Shown piece by piece: positions 62,308-64,000 of a stretch of DNA of 64,000 bases. The notes beneath the pieces were generated by a model. The model saw nothing but the letters and a program-made list of their open reading frames with translations. It did no database searches and was not told the origin of the DNA. The DNA comes from Squalus acanthias (Eukaryota): contig CM059432.1 of NCBI GenBank assembly GCA_030390025.1, positions 126,792,001-126,856,000 of the forward strand, given 5' to 3'. Position 1 is the stretch's first letter. Each line of letters opens with the position of its first letter. The translations under genes were made by a program, and so were the position numbers.

Positions 62308-63750
62308 CAACAACTTGCATTAATATAGCGTCTTTAATGTAGGAAATCTTCCCAAGGCACTTTGCAGGAGCATTATCAGACATCAATTTGTCACTGATCC
62401 AAAGGAGGAAATATTAAGACGGGTGACTAAAAGCTTGGTCAAAGAGGTAGGTTTTAAGGAGCATCTTAAAAGGAGGATAGCGAGGTAGAGTGGCGGAGAG
62501 GTTTAGGGAGGGAATTCCAAAGTTTAGGTCCTAGACAGCTGAAGACACACCTGCCAATGGTGGGGCGAAGGGAGGGGATGCACCAAAGGCCAGAGTTTGA
62601 GGAACGCAGAGTTCTTGGAATGTTGTAGGGCTGGAAGAAGTTAGAGATAGGGAGGGGAAGGGAAGTCCATGAAGAGATTTGAACACCCGGATGAGAATTT
62701 TAAATTGGAGGTATTGGTGAACCAGGAGCCAATGTAAGTTAGCGAGCACAGGGGTGATAGGTGAATGGAACGTGATACGGTTTAGGATATGGGCAGAGTT
62801 CTGGATGAGCTCAAGTTTAATGAGCGTACAAGATGGGAGGTCAGCCAGGAGAGCGCTGTAATAGTCGATACTGGAGAAAACAAAAGCATGGATGAGGGTT
62901 CCAGCAGCAGATAAGTTGAGGCCGGGGCAGAGATGGGCAATGTTACGGAGTGGAAGTAGGCGGTTTTTGTGATGGAGAGGATATGGGGTCAGAAGCTCAG
63001 CTCAGGATCAAATAGGACGCTACGGTCGAACAGTTTGGTACAGCCCGAGACCATATCCAGGGAGAGGGATGGAATTGGCAGAAAGGGAACGGAGTTTGTG
63101 GCCAGGGGGTGGGGGAGACACTAAGACAATGGCCATGATCTTACCAATGTTTAATTGGAGCAAATTACGACTCATCCAAGACTGAATGTCGCATGAGCAG
63201 TCTGACAAAGAGGTAGCGGAGGGGTCGAGAGTGGTGGTGAGGTATAGCTGGGTATCAGCGTACATGGGGAAACCTGACGTCATGTCTTCGAATGATGTCA
63301 CCAAGCAGAAGAGAAATAGGAGGGGGCCAAGGGCAGATCCTTGGGTGTCTCCAGAGGCACTGTTGCGGGAGTCTCAGGCTATGACTGGATAGGTAGTGAG
63401 GGCAGTCCCACTGAGCTGGACAACTAGTGAGAGGCATTGGAAGAGGGTGAGGAGCCTCGAGAAGGACGAGGAGGAATAGTGCGCCACGGTCATTGAGGAT
63501 GTCATTTGTGACTTTGTTTAGGGACATTTCAGTGCTGCGAGGGGTGGAAACCTAATTCGAGGGGTTCACACCTGGAGTTGCGGGAAGATGGGCACAGATT
63601 AGGGAAGCAACAACGTGTTAATGCACTTGAGAGGAAAGGGACGTTATCGATGAGAATGTAGTTTCAAGGTCAGAGGGGTCAAAGGTGTTTTTTTTGAAGT
63701 GGGGATGATGGCAGATTTGAAAGGGAGGCAGACAATACCCGAGGAGGGAA
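62308..63750 (-). mobile_element. L2-clade LINE, 5'-truncated and decayed (same family as 3872-4445)
   Basis: KVTNDIL, YADTQLYL, IQSWMSRNLLQLNIGK, LHWL.V....FKIL; shared 3' UTR AAGCTTGGTCAAAGAGGTAGGTTTTAAGGAGCATCTTAAAAGGAGGA. Confidence 0.88.
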
Positions 63751-64000
63751 TCGTAGTCAAACATAATGCATGTTACACACATGGCTAATACATTTTTAAA
63801 AAATTTCTAACTGTTCCATCTCCACTCCCAATGTTTATAACATGAAAAACCATTAGGTTTTAAGTGTTAAATGCTGCTAGTTTTCATCTGCAATAAGTCA
63901 TTTCAATGTCAAGCTATGTACCTGACTGGTTAACCACTCACTCCTACCCCCACAGCTGAAAACACACACAGATTTGTAATCAGGTTTCAAATGTCATTTC

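Noticed and set aside
56744..64000. UBR5 exons 1-2 and promoter
   Set aside because: No sequence encoding MTSIHFVVHPLPG or LREVSEKLNKY was found. The CpG-rich patch at 57630-58335 is a TIR element, not a promoter island

Overview
Eukaryotic, intron-rich vertebrate DNA, most likely from a cartilaginous fish (shark). This is inferred from the repeat content: a Deu-domain tRNA SINE, CR1, L2 and Penelope elements. The whole window lies inside one gene on the minus strand, UBR5 (EDD/HYD HECT E3 ubiquitin ligase). I traced 19 consecutive coding exons from 56743 down to 2920 (2711 nt, about 903 codons). All are bounded by GT-AG and phase-consistent. They correspond roughly to human exons 3-21 (numbering by analogy, from memory) and include the UBA domain. 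The first two exons and the UBR-box/MLLE/HECT exons lie outside the window. The introns are filled with CR1, L2, a single-ORF CR1-group LINE with a tRNA-like head, SINEs, TIR-bearing MITEs and two Penelope-like (PLE) copies. The most notable observations are: (1) minimal hammerhead-ribozyme-like motifs in both PLE copies; (2) those two PLE copies form an inverted pair bracketing two UBR5 exons, a candidate circRNA or skipping signal; (3) a tRNA-headed LINE lacking ORF1, with head+tail-only SINE-like relatives nearby; (4) an in-frame tandem splice acceptor; (5) short locally templated insertions. No prokaryotic features or CRISPR arrays were seen. Repeat boundaries are approximate and family names rest on motif recognition, not database searches.
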